NCBI GenBank assembly: GCA_002633005.1
Contig: NMRA01000179.1
Location: 132,254 to 196,253 of the forward strand
Source: Phoronis australis
Taxonomy: Eukaryota; Animalia; Phoronida
Direction of reading: 5' to 3'
Length of the DNA: 64,000 nt
Part shown: positions 14,636 through 26,705 of the stretch, piece by piece
How positions within the stretch are numbered: position 1 is the first letter of the stretch
How the letters are laid out: each line of letters begins with the position of its first letter
Made by a program: the position numbers and the translations under genes
Notes under the pieces: model-generated
The model's input: only the letters and a program-made list of their open reading frames with translations
Told to the model about the DNA's origin: nothing
Database searches by the model: none

Positions 14636-16203
14636 AATCTCATTTACACGAGCAGTTGACAAGGAGGAGTTGACACGGAACAGCCGATCGGGCGCAAGTA
14701 TGCGTGTAAACAGGGTGGTGTTCTGCAGCTGTCTCTAGTCTAAAAAAATCTAGCCAAATTCCCGTGTTTTCATATAAAATACACGACAAGATCTCACATC
14801 TTTTCGCAAAGTCTTGCTTTTTAGCAAGGTGTTAGCGTTTTTCAACTATACCCAGGACTGGCAATGTGCAAGTTCGCACAGTGGGAGAAAGTGGGGCACC
14901 TTGAGCCATGGGGCACTGTGTTCCTTTGCTTGCCAAATTAAAATAAACCAATACTTTGGCACCAGATGTCACTTGCATGTGCTCCTGCTGGCAAGGTGTG
15001 AAACCATTTTGTATCATTTTCTGTTTCGCGCAGGTTTAGATTTTGTAGCGTGTTGTTGATAATTTGCCGACTTCAGTAAAATTCCAAGGTAAGTTAGTTT
15101 TCCTTCTGTAATAAACGATAGCCTAGACACACGGGAACTGAACAGCTGTAATAATACGTGTAGAAATGGGCTATAAGCAGCCACACATTTCAATGTTGAG
15201 AGTTGACCTAATTTTGAGTTACTCGTGTTTTGCTTAAGATTTGAGCCATAGTGTGCGGGGCAGGTTGAGCCATAGCTCATAGTGCACCAACTTAAACAAC
15301 TTTTAAATATTTTGATGCAACTTTGTTGTAGAAAATGATTAGAAAATATCAACGAAAGTCTAATAAAGGAATGTATGACAGTGAGATTGTTCTTTCGATG
15401 ACGTATTAGACATCCGTCTGATGCCGCATTTTTCCACTGCTGGAGCCACCGCATCGAAAAAGCGCCAACGTGGATATGCAAAGGTGCTGACAAGCAACCC
15501 TGAAAAAAGAAAGCTGATGAAAAAAGAACGCCAAAGAACTGAAAAAAAAAATCAACCGGGCACGTCATTCATGACCTCACAGCAAAGCGATCCAGTAAAG
15601 GTGTTGGAGACTTTAAGCGTGACTCGTGTTTGGATTAAAACCTGGGTTAAACTGGTAGTTAGGTTATTTTTTATTTCATCAAACAACATGAAGTATCAAT
15701 TCAAAGACATTCTTTAAGTAACCAAATATATTTTTAAAATATTGGATGCGTTTTATTGACTTTACTTTGTTATGGATCAAAGTGCCCCATGCCTGGATCA
15801 AAGTGCCCCATAGTTGGGGTACTTTGAGCCATCTGACTGACTAACATAAAATACCAAAAAAAAAACATCTCGCACGTTTTCAATTGTTTTTGTTTTTGTT
15901 GTATTTAATAAAGACACACTGTAGTTAATTATCGTGTTTTAGTTTTTGGAATTAGTTTCTTTATTTAGATGTTAAGACCAATAATTTGGAAATTGGCTCA
16001 TAGTGCCCCACTTTCTCCTGCTCCATTATCTCATACACGTATAAAAAACAAACTGGGGCAAGACTAAAGGGATCATTTGTCTGTTACGCCTGCGCAGTGG
16101 CGTATATACGGGTGGTCTGCTGCCCTCGGCATGCGCAAACAGTCTTCCGTGTAAATGATTAATGCTCATCCAGTTTGTGATCTAATACCGTGTAAATGCG
16201 ACT
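14636..16203. mobile_element. PIF/Harbinger-like MITE (TAA target duplication) hosting a pogo-like element
   Basis: TAA-aatctcatttacacg ... cgtgtaaatgcgact-TAA; the TIRs match at 13 of 15 positions. Confidence 0.6.
14879..16020 (+). mobile_element. pogo/Tigger-like internally deleted DNA transposon
   Basis: TIRs ggagaaagtggggcaccttgagcca / tggctcatagtgccccactttctcc, with the TIR motif repeated subterminally (ggatcaaagtgcccca twice). The internal peptide KKRQRGYAKVLTSNPEKRKLMKKE resembles the basic C-terminal region of pogo-family transposases. Confidence 0.7.
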
Positions 16204-17181
16204 TAAGTGAAAAAATTAGAAGCAGACGGTGGTAAAAATACAATAACTTGGTGACCAGGTCTCAATTGCTACCAAGCAAAAGACGTTACAGTCACGAGTA
16301 AACAAGAATGTGCACTGCCGAGCAGAAATGGCATAGGATATCTTCAAAAATAGCATATAAAAAGTTTGACATAAAATTTCTCTTGGTTCATATGTCTTAA
16401 TGTTCTACAATGATCATGTACCCAACAAAATGTATTTCAGTGTTATATGACACCTACAAACGTTTAAACGTTTAAGGCGACTTTCATTTTACCAGTTGGT
16501 GCAAGGACGACATCTGTCCTACACCTGTACCAGTACATGAATTCGGATAATCACGTGGGACCGTCCGTTTCCCAACATGCTGACGAACTGTTTTCTGGTC
16601 TCAATCTATTCAAGCGTTAAAAAGAGGAGCCTGCATTTGTACGCATCACTTGGTCAATATAAAGTCTCTCATTCAATTGAACACTATTCAATTTCATCTA
16701 CTAACGTCGCGTCTTTGGTTTAAAACAACGAATCAGACCTTACTTGATTAACGGAAAACAATACAAGCATTCAAAAAGTGGAAACTTATCGTTTTCTGAA
16801 CAAAAATGACACGAATTGTGAAGGTTGATTGCTTGGTGATCATCAGAGTGTAACCTATAATGAAAAGACCTGCACGGGTAGCCGTGCGTAAAACATGCAT
16901 TCTGACCACACCTGTAAACGTTACGAGGAATGTGAGAAGCATTTTAGGGATTTCCAACTGTTAACTTTGTTTTTACTATTCTTAGGGATCTGAATAAGAT
17001 TCAATTATAGGAGCGTTATTGTTGTTGCGTCTGAAAAAATGCATTGTTGAGATTTTTGTTGGATTGGATTTCTTAAAATTAGTAGCTTTGACCACAGTGT
17101 TTTTTTATTTTATTATAAAAAGCCATTTTTCGCCGATGTCTGTCAGATATTCGCTGAAATCAAGGCCGATGACTATACCAG

Positions 17182-17523
17182 ATAAAGAGACCTGGAACGC
17201 GAAAAATAGACTAAATTGCATTATTCAGAATGGTTCTATGGCAGTGAAACACCAATTCAAGCTGGTCCCCAGGTATTTTTACGGTTTATTTGTAAAGATT
17301 TTGAATTTCTGTAGATTTCAAAGAATTTTCTTTTAGTTTCAAATTTCCAAAGAAAAAATACGATCTGTCAACTGCTTGTCACTGTCGATTTTTCTTCCAA
17401 AAGGCAAATCACGTTTGTGATTCTTTCCCACCAGGGGAAGTGAAGGACTCTGTACTAAGCGCAGCGAGATGATACATTCGTCAGGAATAGTTAGAAGATA
17501 TTTTGGCGAGCTTTCGCGTTCCA
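17182..17523. mobile_element. Kolobok-like family, copy 2 (right end uncertain)
   Basis: Left end taaagagacctggaacgcgaaaaatagactaaattgcatt matches the other copies; tttcgcgttcca at ~17512 is a possible right end. Confidence 0.5.
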
Positions 17524-18679
17524 TGCCTACCTATCATGGATATGCTTATAATATTTATCCGTTTAGCGAATGGGATTTATCTCCGCCAGCAGAGCTCATG
17601 AATGCGAGTGCGGGGGTCGCAGGTTCGAATACGTACTTCGACTGATTCCAGAAAATCACTAATCTCGCGGATAATCTCCCTTTAAGTATAAAAAATATTT
17701 CACGTGCCACTTTTAATGTCAATACTACTAAGTAAGCGGCCATTCCTATATTACATATTCGCCGAACGACGTGTCTCAAAGATGTTTCCGGAGATGAAAA
17801 CGAGACTTCGGCATCACCTTGAGGCATCCAGTAATATGCGATCATAAGCTTTAAAATGAAAATGTCAGCAACCATCACCTCGAAAAGATAATGACCTCTA
17901 TCGTAGAGTTGTTACGTAAGCGATGTGTTGGTACGCTTGTACAGTGTAGTATTTTTAGCGGCGGAACTCGTTTAATTACCTACTCATTTTCAACGAAGGT
18001 GAGATGATGATGGCATTCCTCACGCCAATAAGTGGAAAACTCTGAAAATCATCATCCGGTACTACGTCACATCACCATCAACATTTGACAGCACGAGATA
18101 TCTTAATTATTAGCTTTGACGAAAAATTAATGAATCGCGCCATAGACTTTGTAATTGGTTTATGTAATTCAGTGTTTGTGAAACACGATTACCATGAATA
18201 CAATGTACATGTAACTAAAGAGAAGTGTCGGCAGGTCAGTGACTTAAAGGAGACTTGAAGGGCAAAATTAGCAAATACAGAATTCATTGCAAACTGTCAT
18301 TTGAAAAATCGTAATGAATAATACCATGAAGGGGCCCTTACGCAGGTAAACGCGTTTCTCATTTCGAACCATGAATTATGCAATCACTCTGTCAGTCTTG
18401 ATACTGAGTGTACCTAGTCCAGTGAGAGTAGATTTCTAAATTCAGTCAAAAGCGGTAGATACTAGGTGATAGCTTGACTTGGTTACAGAAAGTATTGCGC
18501 GTGTTTCTCATAATCAAAAATAAAGTGTTCTGCTACAGGTGTTTGTGAATATTAATGGTCGGGGTAGTCAATTCCTCATTTTTTTGCGCCAACCCGCTTT
18601 GGTCGCACGTATTGTGATTTACAGTCATGCGTATTTAGACACTGTGTAAAGTATCACAGATTATTTGAAAGAGGGATAC

Positions 18680-19763
18680 CAGTGGCGGATCTAGGATATC
18701 ACAAGGGGGGGAGCAACATTTTGTACGGCTGTAAGCATTTACGCCCCCCACGATTGTAGATGCGTATAGCACGGAATGGGGGGAGGTCGGGAAATTTTTC
18801 TGTTTTTTCCTTTAAAAATCAAGCATTTTCCTTGATTCCTGAAGTAGTATCCAAAAAAAAGACACAAAAAAACACGGCGAACGTGTCAAACAGGAAAAAC
18901 TGTGTATACCACAGACTCGAACTCACGACCTGTCGGATATAGAGCGCGTGCTTAACCACTACATCACCACGAGTTAACTACGAATACTGTAGAGTGCTAC
19001 GAGACCTACTTGTTTATGGTCCACAGCGTTTGCGCGCGAAACCTACTTCTTTTTGTAATGCTTATTACACGTTTTATATTTTGTGCAATCGGTTCTTAAC
19101 AAATTCGTTGTATTTAAAATAGTCTTCAAATGCCCAAAAGACCAAATCAGTTTTTCGTGTTGGCAATAATGACGGGATTGATTTGGAAATCGTCTTAAGT
19201 TAAGGTTTGACAAAGAGAGAATTATGAGTTTCTGAGTGATTCACCAATTCACGATTAAAATTTACATCTTACCAGCAGTTTCTGTTTTTTCATCGTCACT
19301 CAGGTTCCATTTCCTTTAAAAAATGAAGTAAATTTTCTTCATTGCACAGTGGAGCAGACGACGGAAACGGAGTCGTAGTGCGCAGCGCCACTGTCAGTCG
19401 CCTGGGATATCGCGGGAGAGCTTATACTTAGCCATAGTTCCGTTACGAAAGCGCCGTGTTCCGAATTTGACACTTGAAATTGGATCTGAGCCCCCCCCTC
19501 CCCAAACACTAAAACTGCACACATTTAAATCTTGTTTCATCCGTATCATTTTAATTACCGGGATTAATTAATAAACTTAACATTTCCCTACGCTCTTGCT
19601 GATTTATTTTTGTTTGCGGCAGCCAAGGGGGGGGGGGGGGGGGGGGGNNNNNNNNNNNNNNNNNNNNNNNNNNNNNNNNNNNNNNNNNNNNNNNNNNNNN
19701 NNNNNNNNNNNNNNNNNGGGGGGGGGGGGCGGGCCCCCTGGGCCCCCCCTAAATCCGCCTATG
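18680..19763. mobile_element. GGCGGAT-TIR element containing a tRNA-like segment and an assembly gap
   Basis: cagtggcggatctagg ... cctaaatccgcctatg; an N-gap flanked by poly-G lies at 19648-19717. Confidence 0.55.
18905..18974 (-). other. tRNA-derived (SINE-head-like) Pol III promoter segment
   Basis: Minus strand reads gtgatgtagtggttaag...gtcgtgagttcgagtc (A and B boxes); no clean cloverleaf. Confidence 0.6.
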
Positions 19764-20820
19764 GATACTGTACTGTATATATTTCGAAAGACAAAAGGAT
19801 CAAAGTTAACCAAACTCATTTTGTTAGCGGCGCTTTCGTGACAGTCGGGTACACTACATGTATGTATGTTGTCCTGATAACACATACGCGAGGACGGCAT
19901 GTTTTCCTATATAAATTCACAGAACCTTACTCGGAAATTTAGAAGTTCGGAGTTTCATTGAACGATACAAAGATTTGCAATCGGCTTCACTCAGAACGAA
20001 TGCGTACAGACGATAACTTTCATATTTTTTTAACTTTCTGGGCACTTAAGAACTGTGGATTAGGGATCTTTGAAATGCGAAAAACCAAGAGCCTAAACAG
20101 ATTTGGAGGTCACTTTCATCTTACTGCTCTGTATTCAGGAACCTAAGCCTTTCATCGAATTTCACCATCGCCTTGCAAGAAGCAATGGATTTCGTCTAGA
20201 GATTTGCATGGATTACTAACAAAACTACACGGACATTCCCAGTACGTACACTTTAGTTTCTCTGGTCCCCCACAGGTGGTGACATCATATACTTCCTCGT
20301 ATTGATCAATTTGTTTCTCAGAAATTTTTTGTTTCTCACGGTCACTACGCGGAAATACATGCTGAAAGATGCACTGCAAGAGCTGACTGATAAAAGCAAA
20401 CTCAAATGCTATAGCTATCTATAAGAACTTGTAAAATGTTTTGGGCATGGATAAAGACTTTGTCACAATCTGCGAAAGTAACAATTCTCTTAACTGTCAT
20501 ACGTGTCTACGATGACGATCTAGTAGCATACTAGATTTCACTGAGTTAGGAACAGAAAAACTAACAAGACTCCAATTCTCTGTTCCACACGATGAGAAAA
20601 ACATGCTTAACGACAAATGACCACTTTGAGTTGATCTGGCTACATCAAAAAAGATTAAACTAATGAAAATCGATATTTATCACCAAATTTCATTTACAAC
20701 AAACCACCAGGTCATTTTTGTGAAAAATTGATACATACCAATCTAAAATATCTTGAGAAACTTTCTACCTATGTTGTCGCTATTGCACGTGCCAGTTAAT
20801 CCTTCTGATATATATATATA

Positions 20821-21692
20821 TATAGATTACTACATGGCGAAGTCGTTATCCCCCGTTATCTAGAGCCCGAGTGGATTTTGGAGAATTATCGCCCGAGGGG
20901 CTTTAGCCCCGAGGGTGATAATTCTCCAAAATCCACGAAGGCTCTAGATAAGGGGGGTAACGGCTGAGAACATGTAATAATCTATTTATACCACATACTA
21001 AACGAGAAACATTGCAATGAATCGATTTACCTTTTCTGACTCTCCACGGCTTTGTAACTACTTTCTATGTCAGAGGCCCGGGGTCGGAGGTCGTGACCTT
21101 TTAAGAAAAACCGGGCTATTTTTGTCAAATAATGCTTTTACTCAAAACCAATTGAAAACTTAAATATAATAGAAATAAATTGAATTTATAAATTAAGGTT
21201 TACCAACTATTATAGCTTAAAACACGTTTTTTTCACGCTAAGCTTCGACCGGGAAATTATCGTCTGCTAAAGTAGGTTACCACTGGTAACTGAATATAAT
21301 CCTCAAGTCAAAGATCCTGACGACACGATACCCGCATTCAAACTGGAGATCGTTGATTTACAAGTAAGAGGATCTGAGAGAAAAAATTCACTGAATTAAG
21401 ATATCATTTTATGGAAATTATGTGTCTTATTTTTCGTAGCGTATAAGCACAGTACAATGCGGTTTGTTGAACATGGGATTATTGCGCGTGCTCATTTAAG
21501 TATTCTATTTTCACTCTTGATGACGTCAGTCGCTGCATGGTGTAGTGGTAAAGTCGGCGACCAGCAATTTCAAGGTCCCGGGTTCGACTCCGTCCTCGGT
21601 TTCCTGCCAAATCGTTATCTCACTAGTGAGATAACTTGATGGGTTATTACACGGTTGTATCTGCCATTTGACGCTAATACTGTGGTATAAAA
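20821..21692. mobile_element. Helentron/HINE-like family 1, full copy (large terminal hairpin, subTIRs, internal tRNA-like module)
   Basis: ~165-bp imperfect hairpin at 20821-20985; subTIRs tttataccaca (20985) and tgtggtataaa (21681); A box at 21538 and B box at 21581. Homologous copies at 35767, 36582 and 46482. Confidence 0.75.
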
Positions 21693-24600
21693 TGCTAATA
21701 CTCTTATGTGTCGCTTGCACATGCATATACATCGTTGTGATATAGGCTAGTGTTATTTTTACGACTGTTATCGCGTAGTAATTTCTGCACAGTCGACGTC
21801 ATTCTCCATTTTGACAGTCATGTAACTAAACATTCCGATTGAAGTTCGGACATGCGCAGATATGAAACACCTCCGGACTACTACACCCGAATTTTTTTGC
21901 ATGGTACCATATGGAGCATTGGGGCCAATTTCGTAACATTAAATTATCCCACGGAAGTGTTTCATGTCTGCACATGTGCCAACTACAAAACAACAACAAA
22001 TGATTCTGGTCAACAGCTCAATTATGACATTCTGAAAATACCTGATGTTTTCCGGGTGTGACGATGCGTGCATGGAAGGCTTACGAAAAGCCACGACTGG
22101 TAAAAATAGGTCAAATGGTCAACATTTTGCCTTTTATGCTTTCAGGACAAACAAAAACAAGCAAATGCTACTCGTAGCATTCAAATCAGCTCAAATTTCA
22201 TATGTCCAGCCAACCCAACAGTCGCCAATATTTGAAAAAATTTCGAGGCGGTGAACTTCAACAATGGGTAAAAACCTCAGTGGCAGATCTACGGGGTTTA
22301 GGATTCTTGCGAATCTGAGGCGCCTAGCGCCGAGCGGGGGGAGCTCGGAAGGGATGTAAGAGTGGTTTTTGTAGCTGATTTCGTTTTCCTGTCGACACTT
22401 TTTATTTTTGATCCTGTCCGAGGCGTTTATACCCCCTGAACATCCGTAGACCCGACTTTGAAACTATGGAGTGCCAGTCTAATTTATTCTCATGACCAGT
22501 TTTTCACCTCATGCATGCTGGTCCACACAGACTCCACCCAGATAAACAATTCTGCAATTAATGGGTTATTTCACCTATGAGTGTAACCCGTCATAAATAC
22601 TGTACCACTTTAAATTTACACATGACCATCAGCATATTTTTGCCTTCAAACAAATACTTGGCAGACTGTGTAATGTTCAGCACTGCACCCGACACTCTGC
22701 CTCCAGTGAACACGAAGACTTCAGTAATTTAGCAGTATAACTACAACTGTTAGATGTACGTAACAACCGAATTGTACAGCGCATTTTTGAATGTATATAT
22801 TCTGTTAAATTTTTTAATTTTGTCATATCTGTATTCAATTCTCTGTTTTATTTATTGCATCTTGTCTATTTTTAATGTTAATGTAGGATTGGACATGATG
22901 TGTTTATCTGAGTCCCGGCGGGAGAGTAGACATACCCACTAACTGGGCAACCAAGTCTAGATGACTAAATCAAAGGAAATCAAGAGGTTCTTGTCGCCAC
23001 CTAGATCAGACACTTGCCCTTCCAGTAAGTCTCTCCTGTGGGATGCGCACGCGCATTTTCAAAGACCGTAAAAGGGTCATATGATACGGAGTGCCAACTT
23101 GCCGTACAGTTTTCTCATGATTCCTGTCAAAATTATCAATGGAAAGTATGCTACGCAGATCAATTTCATGCCGAATCCGACTAATGTATTGACGATTACA
23201 CTCTGGGGAACGATTTTGTTCAAGCCTCTGCAAATGCGCTTTACATTGCATTATCCACATTCAATACTTATACACACACACGTACACGGATCAAGGATAT
23301 CGCGAGGGGACTTTTATAATGCATCCTCTCATGGGCAGAGGGGTACCTCTAAATCCTGATATGATCTAATGTTACACTGCAATCGCCAGACCGTCGTCGT
23401 ATACACGAGAGGCCGATGTGCTCTGTGAGTGTAGACTCAAAGTGTTCGAATTTGACGCGTCCATATGCACAATTAATGTCCCAGTTTGTTTTGTTTGTGT
23501 TGATCAGTGGAGGATCTAGGATGTCATAAATGGTGGGTGAAGTAATTGTAGTTCAAAGAAAAATGTCGTACTAAGCTCTTTAAACGGCATGCTTACGACA
23601 TGTGGTTTGACCGTGCCGGTATGAGAGGAAATGTGGGTCCCGGAAATCCGCCTATGACAATGGGCAAAGTTCGGATTACCAAGGTAATTACTGACACATT
23701 TCCATAGGCATGCTGAAAAGTTCAATATTTTACGGAAATGGTTTTATCAATTTCATTAATTTTAAACATTTGACTTCAACGAAGCATTTTAAAATGTAAC
23801 CAGCCAATATGTTGAGAGGAAATTCAAACTGAATCATTTAGCGTGTGCTGTGCCTTTCCTTCATAGAAAATCCATTACGTTCGCTGTACATAACACAAAA
23901 GTAATGTAAGAGTTGCAACTAATTTGAAATTGTTTTCAAAGCTAACACTACAATACGTTTGGAGATAAGACTGGCAAACAAAACATTTTTACACAATAGA
24001 ACGCATAAACAACCCGCACACAATTAGCTCGCGAGTTTTAGTTAAAGTTTAAAGGAAGTTGAACTTCCACGTGTAACTCATTTTGCAAACAAAAAGTATA
24101 ATTTGCAAACGCGTCTCTCATTAGCATACATAAATGTCGGATTGTGCAAGTACATGGCAGTGCTACTTATCTACAATACATTTGATTACTTAGTGGGGTA
24201 GTAACACCTTCAACTATTTAAACAATCTACGCTAATAGCATGCACATAAGATTGTAATTAACCCATTTTTTAATTTCGTAGGCCTACATATTTTTTCATA
24301 TATTCAATTACAGATTCGCTAGTAATTGCTCTCAGTCATACGAAATATGTGTAAGGACAAGTTGGTGTTTATCTGATAAGCGCATTAGTTTGGAGTCATT
24401 TAAACACTGCCAGAAAGAGATCTTTTATAACGTTCGTTTTGAATATGGCTGCTGCCAGTGATCAGTAACATACAAACTAACGGTAGTGCTACACTCATGC
24501 ATAGTAACACTAGCAGAATACAGCTTAAAAACCTGTTCAAGATAACAAAGCGGTACGTGTTCTTCCATAGGGTCCTAATGAGAAAGACGGTATTGGAAAA

Positions 24601-26225
24601 CTGAGTAATAAATTAGCATAAGAAAGAATAAAATATGATATCAAAAGGTTAATAGCTAGCATTAACTGTGTGAAAATGTATCATTAAACGTTACACAGAT
24701 ACCTGAAGTAAAAGATTCATGTACCTATAGATTCACTGTGACGGACATCTGTGTCAACTGAGACGGTTCATATCAATAGAGCAGAAAATCTTGCATCATG
24801 TTGGGAGTTTCTGTGAACAGGGCCTTTAAATATACGCTGATGGACCTGTGTGTGAATTTTTATCGGAATGTAGACAAATCTGTTGTGCGAACTGCACTGT
24901 AAATTTTCACGGTTTTTTCAGGGTTTCGAAATATCAAATATATCGGGTCCATTCTAGCACTTTTTAGCTTATCATCGGAACAATCGATTTAAACTACCTG
25001 TTTACAATCAGCAGTACAATCGTTTTCTACTAAGCCAACTATTTTATACGCACATTTGAAATGTTGAAGTCGTTCTTCGCCAGATAAGCAACAACCGGGA
25101 ATTCCGACAAACACGCTGTTCAAATATAGGCCTACGGCGTCCAGAGATGGAGCTTGCATGTATACTTGGGATAGTAGACGAAAGGCAAAAACAGATAGGG
25201 GCTTACCATCAGAAATTCTCAGTACATGTTTATGCAAACATCCGCCACGACAATCTCTGTTTTATAGTCCTCTTCTTTCGTTGACTAAGAAAAAGGATAA
25301 TTAGCCTTATCTCGACTGTACGGTCCAAGAGATTCCCGATATAGACACATTTCAAAAATCCAGGTTTGAATTAAACATTTTTTTGCAAAACTTCATGTTC
25401 CCATGTCCAGAACACACTTAATACAAAAACAAACAAAAAATGTGCGGTATGGACAACGAATTATTGTTAAATGAATTTTGTCAAATCGGTGATTCGTTGT
25501 GGAAAATAGGTGGAAATCGGGGAAAAAATTGTGAATCTGAAATGAAATGCCTAGCTGGGCACCACTAGCGGGATTCACGACGGAGGGGAATAAATTGGGT
25601 GAGGGCACTCATGCCTTGTTTCTGTAATTTGTGGAGCTACTGAGGTTACCAAAAAGCTGTCAAATGATTGCTGCAAGGTTACGGCTACCTGTGCGGTCTA
25701 CAACGCTGAATTGCAAAGAACCCCCAAGAAGCCAAGCACCCAACCCGACGGTGTCGATAGTGAGATGGTTAGGGGTCTCAGTATCCCGGAATGTTGATGC
25801 GTGACTTTCGTCATTTTGAACAATCCGGCAAAGCGCACCATGGCTTGCAAACCGCAATATAAGTTCTAGCATGCCTGCTAGGATTGCCAGTAAACAACAC
25901 ATCGATTCAGCGTTGGAGGATATTGCCAGATTCGCAGCATAAACAAGGTGGTGAAGACTCAGTCGTTAAACGGAAAAAATCCTCTCACAATTAGTATTTT
26001 TCTCATTGTAACGAGTTCAGTATGACCCCATTATTCAACTTGAGGCCGGGAGTTGTTTTGGCATTTAGTTCTGCAGATGCGGAAGGCATGTGTGTTATGC
26101 ATCTAACAATCGAAAATAACAAGAACATTCACGATAACTATTTTATTGCTAAATGCCACGTTCATCATGTATACAAATACGCGACTTCAAGTGAGAAATA
26201 TTTTATTGATAGCGAAATGAATGTG

Positions 26226-26384
26226 CATGGGCGGTGCAGCACTGAATAAAGTACGTGGGGGGGCTAAAGCCCCCTCAGCCCCCTTGTGGTGCACCGCCTA
26301 CAGACCCGGCCGTGTGCGGCGCAGCACTGAAAAAAGTGGTGGGCTATAGCCCCCCCCCAGCCTCCCGTTGGTGCGCCGCCCATG
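26226..26384. mobile_element. Short MITE, internally duplicated (catgggcgg...ccgcccatg)
   Basis: Two tandem gcagcactga..aaagt..gggcta..agccccc units. A related reverse copy lies at ~57873-57929. Confidence 0.6.
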
Positions 26385-26549
26385 ATGATCTGTCCGGAGC
26401 GATTTTGTTCACGGTGGAAAACGCATGATAATTAAAGAGATACAAGTTAACACCGCTTTTCAGATTACGCTTTCATGAGCATCCGTACTTGTGTCTTCAG
26501 TTCGACCGGGGAAACCCAACGCTACGTTTTCCCGGACGGACTGGCCGTT

Positions 26550-26705
26550 TACCTTCTCGACGTCATCGGAAGGGTGCGAGTGAAATGCTGCTAGGCTAGG
26601 TATTTACATGCTGCAATCTGGACACATTTCCACAGTGAGCATGTAAATGCTTAGCCTGTCGCCGCAGCATTTCACTCGCACCCTTCCGATGACGTCGAGA
26701 AGGTA
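26550..26705. mobile_element. TA-flanked hairpin MITE (~155 bp)
   Basis: taccttctcgacgtcatcggaagggtgcgagtgaaatgctgc has a perfect inverted copy ending at 26705. Confidence 0.85.

Noticed and set aside
15014-15568. 184-aa minus-strand ORF
   Set aside because: It lies inside a pogo-like derivative, has low-information composition, and is antisense to the transposase remnant.
19596-19942. Gly/Pro-rich ORFs
   Set aside because: Artefacts of poly-G runs flanking an N gap.
20152-20379. Cys-rich 75-aa ORF with an upstream acceptor-like site
   Set aside because: No recognisable domain and no partner exons identified, so it cannot be supported.
21530-21605. Functional tRNA genes (also 18905-18974, 36420-36495, 36655-36730)
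   Set aside because: Only A/B boxes are retained. Acceptor and anticodon stems are not convincing and vary between repeat copies.
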